In this document: in pieces, positions 1 through 8,749 of the stretch
How positions within the stretch are numbered: position 1 is the stretch's first letter
Layout of the letters: each line of letters starts with the position of its first letter
NCBI GenBank assembly: GCA_963805975.1
Contig: CAWDVR010000003.1
Span: forward strand, 672,001-736,000
Origin: an uncultured Acidobacteriota bacterium
Lineage (GTDB): Bacteria > Acidobacteriota > Thermoanaerobaculia > Multivoradales > SZUA-115
DNA: 64,000 nucleotides
Direction: 5' to 3'
Translations under genes and position numbers: made by a program
Notes under the pieces: generated by a model
What the model saw: only the letters and a program-made list of their open reading frames with translations
Databases searched by the model: none
What the model was told of the DNA's origin: nothing

Positions 1-975
1 GCGGAGGCTGCCGCTCGGCCCCGCCTTGCGGCCGAGCACCAGGTCCTCGAGGTCCAGCGTCACCCGGTACTCGCCGGGCGGCAAGGAGGCGAGCTGGATC
101 GGCAAGCCGAAGCCCCATTGCCCGGCGAAGCCCTGGAGCGCGGTGGGCTCGGGGTCCCGCACCGCGATCTCGCGCCGGCCCGCGGCGCCGCCGCCTTCGG
201 GCTCGATCACGATCCGGGCCGCCAGCTTGGGAGCCTGGCCGGAGCCCAGGCCGGGATTGCGCAGCACCACGAAGAGCCAGGCCTCGCCGGCGGTGGGAAA
301 GGTGCTCCCGCCTCGCGGCACCACTTTGATGCCGCCGAAGGCGAAGGGCTCGTCGGGCTGCTGCGCGACCGGCAGGGCGAACAGGCGATCGGCGACGAGC
401 AGCCGGGAGACACTGAAATCCTGGTTGTCGATCGCCGCCGGAGCCAGGTTGAAGGCGGTGACGCTGCGCGGCGTCTTGCCGTCCGCCAGGCCCACCACGG
501 CCGAGTACTCGCCCGGCTCGAGAGCGAGCGGCACGTCGACGAACAGGCGGTTCCCGTCCGCCTGCACCCGCTTGTCGACCTCGAACGAGAGCGCCACCTT
601 GCCCGCGGCGTTGGCGATCTCGCCGAAGAGCACCACCTTCTGCCCCTCCACGAGCGCCGGCCCGGCGGCGGCCGACACCTGCAGGGCCACGAAGTACACG
701 CGGTCTGCGGCCAGGAACTCGCCCCATACCGCTTCCAGGTCCCCGGGCAGGGTGGAGGCGCCCGTCCGCTGGTCAGCCACGGCCTTCTTGAGCGGCCGCG
801 AGGTCAGCGGCGGCAGCTTGTGGCGCTCGACAGCCTGGTCGCGCGTGCGCACGTTCTCGGCCTCGCGCTCGAGCTCCATGCCCGTCTTCCGGGGTCGCTC
901 GCGATCGTAAGTCTGGCCGAGCACCGTCGAAGCCAGAGCCAGGGCGGCGGTCGAGGCGAGCAGGAAGTGGCGCAT
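1..975 (-). CDS. Secreted hypothetical protein (signal peptide; beta-rich, resembles C-terminal Ig-like regions of acidobacterial GWxTD-type proteins); runs off the window edge
   Basis: Read by hand (absent from ORF track because no stop lies in the window): ATG at 975 with GAGGAG RBS; MRHFLLASTAALALASTVLGQTYDRE...LASLPPGEYRVTLDLEDLV; frame open to position 1. Confidence 0.75.
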   Translation of the reverse strand, partial: MRHFLLASTAALALASTVLGQTYDRERPRKTGMELEREAENVRTRDQAVERHKLPPLTSRPLKKAVADQRTGASTLPGDLEAVWGEFLAADRVYFVALQVSAAAGPALVEGQKVVLFGEIANAAGKVALSFEVDKRVQADGNRLFVDVPLALEPGEYSAVVGLADGKTPRSVTAFNLAPAAIDNQDFSVSRLLVADRLFALPVAQQPDEPFAFGGIKVVPRGGSTFPTAGEAWLFVVLRNPGLGSGQAPKLAARIVIEPEGGGAAGRREIAVRDPEPTALQGFAGQWGFGLPIQLASLPPGEYRVTLDLEDLVLGRKAGPSGSLR

Positions 976-1026
976 GGTCCGACTCCTCGCGGAAGTTTCG
1001 TTTTCGATTGTAGACGATCGCCCCGC

Positions 1027-1052
1027 GGAAACCCGGCGTGGCGGCGTCCGTA
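1027..1052 (+). promoter_or_regulatory. SigW-type ECF promoter (autoregulatory)
   Basis: GGAAAC(1027-1032)-N16-CGTA(1049-1052), matching the TGAAAC-N16-CGTA ECF consensus, immediately upstream of the ECF sigma gene. Confidence 0.7.
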
Positions 1053-1067
1053 CATCCAGATTGCACC

Positions 1068-1658
1068 GTGACAACCTGGAGCAACCTCGACGACTCGCAG
1101 CTCGTGGACCACGCGCTGGCCGGGTCCGAGGACGCCTATCGCGAGATCGTCCGGCGTTTCGAGCGGCCGATCTACGGCCTGATCCTGCGGCTGGTGCGGG
1201 ATGCCGCGACCGCCGAGGACCTGGCCCAGGAGACCTTCCTCAAGGCCTTCGGCGCCCTGCCGCGCTACGACCGCCAGCACAAGATGGCGAGCTGGCTGTT
1301 CAAGATCGCCCACAACGCCTCGATCGACTGGCTGCGCCGCCGGGGGCTCGCCACGGTGTCGCTGACCCCCGCCGGCGAGGGCGAGACCAACTTCGCCGAG
1401 CTGCTGCCGGACCCGGGCGCGGAGACCCCCGAGCACTCGGCCGAGCGGGCGGACCTGGGGCGGGCGCTCGAGCAGGCGCTGGGCAGCCTGCGGCCCGAAT
1501 ACCGCGAGGTCATGGTGCTACGCTTTCGCGAAGGGTTGGCATACGAGGAGATCGCCGAGGTGACGAGCCTTCCCCTGGGCACGGTCAAGACCCACATCCA
1601 CCGCGCGCGCAAGCAGTTGGCGGTGGTCCTGTCGGCGGCCGGATGGGCCCCGGAGTGA
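1068..1658 (+). CDS. ECF RNA polymerase sigma factor (SigW-like)
   Basis: Region 2 'AEDLAQETFLKAF...SWLFKIAHNASIDWLRR' and region 4 'YEEIAEVTSLPLGTVKTHIHRAR'; GTG 1068 chosen because the longer start lies inside the promoter. Confidence 0.93.
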   Translation: MTTWSNLDDSQLVDHALAGSEDAYREIVRRFERPIYGLILRLVRDAATAEDLAQETFLKAFGALPRYDRQHKMASWLFKIAHNASIDWLRRRGLATVSLTPAGEGETNFAELLPDPGAETPEHSAERADLGRALEQALGSLRPEYREVMVLRFREGLAYEEIAEVTSLPLGTVKTHIHRARKQLAVVLSAAGWAPE

Positions 1659-1661
1659 GCA

Positions 1662-1688
1662 CGAAACCAAAAGGAACCCGATGTCGTA
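1662..1688 (+). promoter_or_regulatory. Second ECF-type promoter upstream of the anti-sigma gene
   Basis: CGAAAC(1662-1667)-N17-CGTA(1685-1688). Confidence 0.5.
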
Positions 1689-1740
1689 GGGCGATTTGAA
1701 CGCGGCCGGTATGCGACCGCGGCGGTACGAGAAAAAAACC

Positions 1741-2283
1741 ATGAACCGGCAGTCAGACAACAAGCTTCGGCAGTGGCTCGAAGCCGAGCGGCAGGGCGAG
1801 GAGGACGCGGCCGAGGAGGCGCTCCGTGCCCTGTTCGCGGCCGTGCCCGGCCCCGCGCCGGGCGCCGGCTTTGCCGAGCGGGTGATGCTCGCCGCGGCAC
1901 TTCCCCAGCCGGCACCCGCCCGCGCGAACCCGAGAGGCTCCTCGCTGCTCGTCTTCCTGGGCGTCGCCACGGCGATCGCCGCCTTGGTCGCGCTGCTCGG
2001 CGTCCAGCCGCTCCTCGCGGCGTTGGGCATCGGTGAGCTCGGCCCCTCGGCGCTGCTGCAAGGCCTGGCCTCCCTGGTGGCGGGCACCAGCCACCTCTGC
2101 GTGACCCTCCTGCTGCTGGTGCAGAAGGCCTTCGACCTGGCGCGCGGGATCTCCCTCGAGGTGGCACGCAACCCCGGGGTGGCGGGCGGCGTGATCCTGG
2201 TCTTTCTCGTCTCCTGTCTCACCTTCCGTGCCTTGAGCCGCCTCGTCGCGCGAGAGAGGAACTTCCGCTATGCAACGCTCTAG
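1741..2283 (+). CDS. Putative membrane anti-sigma factor
   Basis: Directly follows ECF sigma; short soluble N-terminus with 'PAPGAGFAERVM' anti-sigma-like motif, then 2-3 hydrophobic segments. Confidence 0.7.
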   Translation: MNRQSDNKLRQWLEAERQGEEDAAEEALRALFAAVPGPAPGAGFAERVMLAAALPQPAPARANPRGSSLLVFLGVATAIAALVALLGVQPLLAALGIGELGPSALLQGLASLVAGTSHLCVTLLLLVQKAFDLARGISLEVARNPGVAGGVILVFLVSCLTFRALSRLVARERNFRYATL

Positions 2284-3886
2284 ATCTGCGGCCCAGAAGG
2301 CCGCTGTGCTCGCCCTCCTGCTGCTGGCGGCGCTCTTCGCCCAGCCGGCAGTGGCGCAACCGGGCGATCTGCGCGCCGAGATCGAGGCCGCCTATCGCGT
2401 GTCGCCGGCGCCGCAGGGTGTGGCGCTCGAGCCGCGGGAGCCCCGGCTGGGCGTCACCTCGATCGTGGTCACCGGCGACGAGGTGCGGGTCAACGGCACC
2501 AAGGTCAAGGAAGTGGCGCTCCGCGCCTGGCTCCAGGCCGAGGCCGAGCCCGTCCTGCGCCTCGCCGCGCTGTCGCCGGCCGAGCGCCGCCGGCTCTTCG
2601 GGCTCGGCCTCGAGGGCCTGTCCGAGCGCCGGCTCGAGGCTCCGGAAGCGCCGCAGCTCGAAGCTCCCGATGCCCCTCCCGAGCCCCCCGCGGCCGAGGC
2701 GGACGACACGGAAGAGGCGGACGATACCGAGGAGGCGGACGACACCGAGGAAGAGGAGACCGACGCCTCTGCGGCCCGGACCTTCCGCACCGGCAGCCAG
2801 TTCAACCTCTTCAGCAGCGTGACGGTGGATGCCGACGAGAGCGCGCGCGAAGCGGTGGCCGTGTTCGGCTCGGTGACGGTCGACGGCGAGGTGCGGGGCG
2901 ACGTGACCTCGGTCTTCGGGCCCGCGACGATCAACGGGCGGGTCGAGGGCGAGGTGGTGGCGGTCAACGGCTGGGTGTACCTCGGGCCCAATGCCGAGGT
3001 GCTCCGCGACGTGACGAGCGTCGGTGGCAGGGTGGAGCGCAGTGAGGGCGCCCGGGTGCGGGGCTCGGTGACCGAGGTGCCGTTCACCGGCGTCTCCCGG
3101 CGCGACGGCGAGCGCCGCGGCCACATGTGGCGCGGCCCTCTGAGCGGCTGGTCCTGGCTCAACCCGGTCTCCGGCCTGTGGTCGCTGTTCTGGCGGCTCA
3201 CCACCTTCGGGTTCGTGGCCTTCCTGCTCTGCCTGACACTCCTGGTGGCGCCCCGCGCCGTGGAACGCTCCGCGGAGCGGGTGCGGCAGAGCTGGTGGAA
3301 GGCCGGTCTGGTCGGCTTCCTGGCGCTGCTGCTGTTCATCCCCGTCTGCCTGCTGGCGGCGCTGCTCCTGGTGATCACCATCATCGGCATCGCCCTGATC
3401 CCGATCCTGGCGCTGGTGCTGCCGTTCGCCATCCTCGCGGTGTGGCTGGTCGGGTACTCGGCCACGGCGCTCGAGCTCGGCCGCTGGCTGGTGCGCAAGC
3501 TGGGTTGGGGGTTCACGAGCCCCTACGCCCACCTCCTGCTCGGCTTCACGATGCTCGAGATGGTGCGCTTCGCCGGTGGGCTGGGCCTCGCGGCCGGCGG
3601 CATCGCCGTGGGCCCGGGGCTGTTGTTCCTGACCCTGGGCGGGATCATCCGCTGGATCGCGGCCTCGGTCGGGATCGGCGCCGTGCTCCTGTCGCGCTAT
3701 GGACGCTACCTGGACGGCACGACGCCTCCGGTCGCCGCGGTGCCGCCTTCCGACGCACCCGCGCCGGCCCCGCCGCCCGCGCCGGCACCGCAGCTCCTGC
3801 CCGCCGTGGCAGTGCCGCCCATCGAGCCGGCGGCGGAAGAGCCGCCGCAAACCGCCCGCGACCCCGACCCGCCGAGCCCGAGCTGA
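2270..3886 (+). CDS. Membrane protein with bactofilin/polymer-forming-like beta-helix repeats and C-terminal multi-TM domain
   Basis: Signal peptide; repeats 'VAVFGSVTVDGEVRGDVTSVFGPATINGRVEGEVVAVNG'; about 5 TM segments; Pro-rich tail; overlaps anti-sigma stop. Confidence 0.75.
   Translation: MQRSRSAAQKAAVLALLLLAALFAQPAVAQPGDLRAEIEAAYRVSPAPQGVALEPREPRLGVTSIVVTGDEVRVNGTKVKEVALRAWLQAEAEPVLRLAALSPAERRRLFGLGLEGLSERRLEAPEAPQLEAPDAPPEPPAAEADDTEEADDTEEADDTEEEETDASAARTFRTGSQFNLFSSVTVDADESAREAVAVFGSVTVDGEVRGDVTSVFGPATINGRVEGEVVAVNGWVYLGPNAEVLRDVTSVGGRVERSEGARVRGSVTEVPFTGVSRRDGERRGHMWRGPLSGWSWLNPVSGLWSLFWRLTTFGFVAFLLCLTLLVAPRAVERSAERVRQSWWKAGLVGFLALLLFIPVCLLAALLLVITIIGIALIPILALVLPFAILAVWLVGYSATALELGRWLVRKLGWGFTSPYAHLLLGFTMLEMVRFAGGLGLAAGGIAVGPGLLFLTLGGIIRWIAASVGIGAVLLSRYGRYLDGTTPPVAAVPPSDAPAPAPPPAPAPQLLPAVAVPPIEPAAEEPPQTARDPDPPSPS
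2696..2749 (+). repeat. Three tandem 18-bp coding repeats (EADDTE x3)
   Basis: GAGGCGGACGACACGGAA / GAGGCGGACGATACCGAG / GAGGCGGACGACACCGAG. Confidence 0.9.
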
Positions 3887-3987
3887 GAGGACATTGGTCT
3901 TCGGCCAACATTAAGGGGTGGATAGGTTCGCTCTCCTGGGCGGGTGTACAATCCGTCTTGGCGTTTTTTCTCTATGGGGAGCACCTC

Positions 3988-4218
3988 ATGTCAGCAAAGG
4001 TGAACTTGGTGTTGGATGAGGAGGTCAAGGCGGACTTTGCGGAGCTGATTCCACCCGGACAGCGGAGCCGCTTCGCCAACGACGCTCTTCGTGATCGGCT
4101 GGATCTGTTGAAGCGGCAGCGCGCGGTCGATCGGCTTTCTGCCCTGCGCCGGGCCGGACCCTCTGTTCCCACTTCCGAGATCGTCCGCGCGCTACGCCAG
4201 GCTCGCGATGAGCGTTGA
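3988..4218 (+). CDS. Putative antitoxin (VapB-like, 76 aa)
   Basis: MSAKVNLVLDEEVKADFAELIPPGQRSRFANDALR...; overlaps downstream PIN gene; GGGGAG RBS. Confidence 0.75.
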   Translation: MSAKVNLVLDEEVKADFAELIPPGQRSRFANDALRDRLDLLKRQRAVDRLSALRRAGPSVPTSEIVRALRQARDER

Positions 4219-4636
4219 CCAGCTCCCGGCGTTGGTGCTCGACGCCTCGGTGATCCTGAAGTGGGTCCTCGATGCCGAGGACGAGCCGGATCGCCAAGCT
4301 GCTCGGGACATCCTCGAGCGCTGGCAGCGAGGCGAGGTGCAGCTCTTCGTGCCAACCCTCTGGCTCTATGAGGTCGGAAACATCCTCTCGCTCAAGCGTC
4401 CACAGGACGCTGCAGAAGCTCTGCAGGCGCTGCTCGCTCTCGGCCTGCGCGAGATCCCTCTCGATGGCGCAACCTCTTCGCGAGCTCTGGAGCTTTCTCA
4501 GTCCTACGGCATCACGTTCTACGATGCCTCCTACCTTGCCGCTGCAGGGCTGCAGGAGACGGTGCTGATAACGGCCGATTCCAAGCTCCTGCGGCGCTTG
4601 CCAGCCGGCGCGCCCGCAAGAGCTTTGGGACCATAG
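4208..4636 (+). CDS. vapC: PIN-domain toxin, VapC family
   Basis: 'LVLDASVILKW', 'LYEVGNIL', 'ITFYDASYLA', 'LITAD' PIN acidic motifs. Confidence 0.9.
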   Translation: MSVDQLPALVLDASVILKWVLDAEDEPDRQAARDILERWQRGEVQLFVPTLWLYEVGNILSLKRPQDAAEALQALLALGLREIPLDGATSSRALELSQSYGITFYDASYLAAAGLQETVLITADSKLLRRLPAGAPARALGP

Positions 4637-4706
4637 CTCCGCAGCTCTCAACCAGGACTCGCCCATGGCTGTGACCTTGCAGCCGGGCGGGTGCCGGCCC
4701 TCCGGA

Positions 4707-6890
4707 TTACAGCTCCCGCCGCAGCCGCTCGGCCAGCAGGGTGTAGCGGCGGCGGGTGCGGGCGGTGCCTACCGCGATGGCCAGGGCGCGCTTCTGGCCC
4801 ACGAGCACCGCCAGCTTGCGGGCGCGGGTCAGCGCCGTGTACACCAGGTTGCGCTCCAGCATCACGTAGTGCTGGGTGTGGATGGGCAGCACCACCGCCG
4901 GGTACTCGCTGCCCTGGCTCTTGTGGATGGAGCAGGCGTAAGCCGGTGCCAGCTCGTCGAGGTCGGTGAAGGAGTAGGTGACGGCCCGCCCGTCGAACGT
5001 CACCCGCACCTCTTGCTCCTCGCCGTCGATCGCCGCGATGCGGCCGAGGTCGCCGTTGAACACCTCGAGGTCGTAGTTGTTCCGCGTCTGCATCACCTTG
5101 TCGCCCACCCGCAGCACCCGGCTGCCGCGCACCACCTCCGCGCCCTTGGGGTTGAGCAGCTCGCGCAGCACGGTGTTGAGATGGGCGACTCCGAGGAGGC
5201 CGCGGTTCATCGGTGTCAGCACCTGCACGTCGGCCACCGGGTCGAGGCCGAAGCGGCTGGGGATGCGCTGGCCGATGAGCTCGAGCATCGTCTCCAGCAC
5301 CGCCTCCGGCTCGTTGCGCTCGACGAAGAAGAAGTCCGAGGTCTCGCCCGCCTTGAGGTCCGGCACCTCGCCGCGGTTGATGCGGTGCGCGTTGACCACG
5401 ATCGAGCTCAGGTGAGCCTGGCGGAAGATCTGGGTCAGGCGCACCACGTCCACGGTGCCGGAGCGGATGAGGTCGGCCAGCACGCTGCCCGGCCCCACGG
5501 ACGGAAGCTGGTCGACGTCGCCCACCAGCACCAGCCGCGCCGACGCCGGCAGGGCCGAGACGATGGCGTGAGCGAGCGGCGCGTCGAGCATCGACGCCTC
5601 GTCGACGATCAACAGATCACATTCGAGCGGCCGCTCGGCGCTGCGCTCGAAGGCCATCACCCGCGGCGAGAACTCGAGCAGGCGGTGCACGGTCCGCGCT
5701 TCGAGGCCGGTGGCCTCTGAAAGACGCTTTGCCGCGCGGCCGGTGGGCGCCGCCAGGAGCACGGTCTGTTTCTTCTTGCCGAGCAGGGTGACGACGCCGC
5801 GCACCAGCGTCGTCTTGCCGGTGCCCGGCCCGCCGGTGATCACCAGCACCTTGGCGGTGAGCGCCCGGCGGACGGCCTCGCGCTGCTCGGCGGCGAGCTC
5901 GATCCTCTCTCTTTCCTCGAACCAGGCCACGGCGCGCTCGACGTCGATCTCGACCGCGGCTGCGGGTGCCTTGGCGAGCGCCGTGAGAAGCGCGGCGAGG
6001 CCGGCCTCGGCGGTGTGCAGGCTCTTCAGGTAGACCGGCGCCCCCTCCTCGCCGCCGAGACTTTCGAGTACCAGCTTCCCTTCCGCCGCCCGGCGCTCGA
6101 TCGCCGCCTCGAGGAGCGGCGCGTCGACGCCCAGGAGCTCCGTGCCCTCGCGCACCAGGCGCTCGCGCGGCAGGAAGAGGTGGCCGCCTCCCGAGGCCTC
6201 GAGCAGCAGGTGCGAGACGGCGGCGGCGGCGCGCTCGGGAGAGTCGCGTGGGATGCCGAGGTTGGCGGCGATCTGGTCCGCGGTCTTGAAGCCGATGCCG
6301 AAGATGTCCGTCGCCAGGCGGTAGGGATTGGCGCGCACCAGGGTGATCGCCTCGGTGCCGTAGGTCTTCCAGATGCGCAGCGCGAGCGAGGTCGAGACCT
6401 GGTGGGCCGCGAGGAAGAGCATCACCTCCTTGATCTCGCGTTGCTCGACCCAGGCGGTGCGGATGAGCGCGCTCCGCTTGGGGCCGATCCCACCGACCTC
6501 TTCGAGACGCGCCGAGTACCGGTCGATCACCTCCAGGGTCTGGTCGCCGAAGGCGGCCACCAGGCGGCGTGCCATCACCTTGCCGATGCCGCGGATGAGC
6601 CCTGAGCCCAGGTAGCGCTCGATGGCGGTGACGGTGGCGGGGAGGACGCTCTGGTACGAGCTGACGCGGAACTGCGGGCCGAACTTGCGGTCCGTCTCCC
6701 AGGTTCCGGTGAGCTTCAGACACTCGCCGGGCTGCACCTCGAGAAGCCGGCCGACGGCGGTCACCAGGTCGGCCTTGCCGGGCACCTCGAGCCGGACGAC
6801 GCTCCAGCCGTTCTCTTCGTTGGCGAAGACGATGCGCTCGAGGATGCCCTCGAGGCTGGTCTCGGCCGCCTCCGTCGGCTCTCTGGTCAC
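4707..6890 (-). CDS. recD2: ATP-dependent RecD-like (RecD2) SF1B helicase
   Basis: Walker A GGPGTGKT, DEASM, GDVDQLPSVGPG, HKSQGSEY; N-terminal OB/HhH region 'GIGKVMA'. Confidence 0.95.
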   Translation of the reverse strand: MTREPTEAAETSLEGILERIVFANEENGWSVVRLEVPGKADLVTAVGRLLEVQPGECLKLTGTWETDRKFGPQFRVSSYQSVLPATVTAIERYLGSGLIRGIGKVMARRLVAAFGDQTLEVIDRYSARLEEVGGIGPKRSALIRTAWVEQREIKEVMLFLAAHQVSTSLALRIWKTYGTEAITLVRANPYRLATDIFGIGFKTADQIAANLGIPRDSPERAAAAVSHLLLEASGGGHLFLPRERLVREGTELLGVDAPLLEAAIERRAAEGKLVLESLGGEEGAPVYLKSLHTAEAGLAALLTALAKAPAAAVEIDVERAVAWFEERERIELAAEQREAVRRALTAKVLVITGGPGTGKTTLVRGVVTLLGKKKQTVLLAAPTGRAAKRLSEATGLEARTVHRLLEFSPRVMAFERSAERPLECDLLIVDEASMLDAPLAHAIVSALPASARLVLVGDVDQLPSVGPGSVLADLIRSGTVDVVRLTQIFRQAHLSSIVVNAHRINRGEVPDLKAGETSDFFFVERNEPEAVLETMLELIGQRIPSRFGLDPVADVQVLTPMNRGLLGVAHLNTVLRELLNPKGAEVVRGSRVLRVGDKVMQTRNNYDLEVFNGDLGRIAAIDGEEQEVRVTFDGRAVTYSFTDLDELAPAYACSIHKSQGSEYPAVVLPIHTQHYVMLERNLVYTALTRARKLAVLVGQKRALAIAVGTARTRRRYTLLAERLRREL

Positions 6891-6995
6891 TCGGGCGATC
6901 TTATCCGGCGCTTGCGAGGTCGATCATCCAGTGCAGCGCTTCCGGGGCGGCAGGCGCCCCGGGGAGGGTTGGCGAGGGGGTGGAACGGGGATGCT

Positions 6996-7727
6996 CTAGA
7001 AGTGGAAGCGAATGCCGCCCCAGATCTTGGTCTGGCGATCGAAGGGCTCGTCTTCCAGGATGTCGAGGCGGCCGGTGCCGAAGATGCCCACGTTCTCCGT
7101 CAGGTGCAGCTCCACACCCACGTGGACGTTGGCGCCGAGGCGGTCGTCGTCGAGCTCCAGGTTGTCGATCACCACGCCGCCGCCGTTGCGGCGCACGATG
7201 TCGCCGCTGATCTGGTGCAGGGCGAAGCCCACGCCCACGAAGAAGTCCGCCGAGCGGGTGGGCACGACGCCGACCAGGTTGATGCCGACCATCAGGTCGT
7301 CGACGTCGGAGTCGTCGTCCGAGCGGCTCCAGTAGCCGATCTCGGGCTCGATGTAGCCGCGGATGCCGGAGTCAGTGGCGGTGCCGGGGTAACGGCCGCG
7401 GTCGTGGCTGCGGTTGTGGCGCTCGTTGTAGGCATCGCCCCGGGTCGTGTCGCGACCGTTGCTGTCCTCGCCGCGGTCGAAGATGCGCCAGCGGAAGTTG
7501 GCCGAGAAGTAGATCTCGCCGTCCTCGTTGCCCTCGTCGTTGGGCAGCACGATGCCGGCTCCCAGGCCCAGGCCGAAGCGCTTCGCCGAGTACTCGCCCT
7601 GGTCGTACTCGTCCTCGTAGACCGTGTCGTCCTGGGCACTGGTACCTTGCGCGATGAGCGGGCTCTGCACCGCCCAGGCGAGAAACAGGGCCAGCGAGAT
7701 GGCCCAGGGTGCGCGACTGCTCTTCAT
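6996..7727 (-). CDS. Outer-membrane beta-barrel protein
   Basis: Signal peptide MKSSRAPWAISLALFLAWAV; alternating beta strands; C-terminal 'WGGIRFHF' aromatic BAM signal; GGAGGA RBS. Confidence 0.75.
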   Translation of the reverse strand: MKSSRAPWAISLALFLAWAVQSPLIAQGTSAQDDTVYEDEYDQGEYSAKRFGLGLGAGIVLPNDEGNEDGEIYFSANFRWRIFDRGEDSNGRDTTRGDAYNERHNRSHDRGRYPGTATDSGIRGYIEPEIGYWSRSDDDSDVDDLMVGINLVGVVPTRSADFFVGVGFALHQISGDIVRRNGGGVVIDNLELDDDRLGANVHVGVELHLTENVGIFGTGRLDILEDEPFDRQTKIWGGIRFHF

Positions 7728-7803
7728 CTCGAGTCCTCCCCTAGAGAAGCAAGCGATCTCCGTGCTCGATGGGAACGCAGAAAACGTATGTGTCGCCGGT
7801 AGT

Positions 7804-8661
7804 TTAGCACAGCGTGCGAGGCTCTCCGGCGAGCTCCGGCAGCGGTGCGGGGCCGGGAAGGATCTCGCGCAGGTAGCGCTCCACGCCGAGCCGGGGGTCC
7901 CAGTCGCGAGGGTAGCCGAGCGAGACCTCCTCGCACCGCACGCCGTCGCGGAAATGGGTTCCGCGTACGTGCAAATGGCCGTAGACCACGGCGTGCGCGC
8001 GGAACCGAAGGTGCCAGTCCTCGGTACGGCGCGTGCCGCACCAGGGCGAGAAACGGGGCACCCGCCGCAGGCGCACCAGGTCGTAGCGCAGCGGGAAGTG
8101 GTTGACGAGCACCAGCGGCGCGGTGGCCGCCGCCGCTGCCAGCCGCCGCTCGGCGGCCTCGCAGCGCGCGGCACACCAGGCGGCACGCGAAGGGTAGGGA
8201 TCGGGATGGAGCAGGGCCTCGTCGGCGCAGAGGATGTCCGCCTCCGCGGCCCAGGCGAGAACTTCGTGCGCCGCCACGTGATCGGGACGAAAGCTGTAGT
8301 CGTAGAGCAGGAAGAGCGGCGCGATCCGGCACGACGGCCCGGGACCGGGCCAGCGCGTGTACTCGTCCTCCGGGGTGATCACGCCGTGCTGCCGGCAGAT
8401 CGCGATCAGCCGCTGATACTTCTTCTCGCCTCTCGGGGCCTCGCCGCGCGGCGCCGTCCACAGGTCGTGGTTGCCGGGCACCCAGAACAGGCGCTCGAAC
8501 TTCTCGCCCAGGGTGCGGAACGCGAAGTGGAAGCTGGCCTCGTCCTCGCCGAGGTCGCCGGCCACGATCAGCCAGTCCCCGCCGTGCTGGGGGAGCTCGG
8601 CGAGCGCCTGGCGGTTGCTCTCGTGCCGCAGGTGGAGATCGCTGATGGCGAGGAGTCGCAA
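7804..8661 (-). CDS. Calcineurin-like metallophosphoesterase
   Basis: SDLH, AGD, PGNHD, NHFP, YGHLH motifs; start uncertain (TTG 8661). Confidence 0.88.
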   Translation of the reverse strand: MRLLAISDLHLRHESNRQALAELPQHGGDWLIVAGDLGEDEASFHFAFRTLGEKFERLFWVPGNHDLWTAPRGEAPRGEKKYQRLIAICRQHGVITPEDEYTRWPGPGPSCRIAPLFLLYDYSFRPDHVAAHEVLAWAAEADILCADEALLHPDPYPSRAAWCAARCEAAERRLAAAAATAPLVLVNHFPLRYDLVRLRRVPRFSPWCGTRRTEDWHLRFRAHAVVYGHLHVRGTHFRDGVRCEEVSLGYPRDWDPRLGVERYLREILPGPAPLPELAGEPRTLC

Positions 8662-8749
8662 GGCGTGTCCGACGAGCGAAGTTGCGCGGCGAGAGCGGCG
8701 AGAGCCGGCCGCGGTGCGGCGAAGACTAGCAGCTATACTGCCTTTCATC

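Noticed and set aside
3988-6890. vapBC + helicase as an anti-phage system
   Set aside because: Genes are convergent and the helicase is an ordinary RecD2 repair helicase
6942-6962. GC hairpin CCGGGGCG-GCAGG-CGCCCCGG downstream of the beta-barrel gene
   Set aside because: No U-tract, so it cannot be called a terminator with confidence
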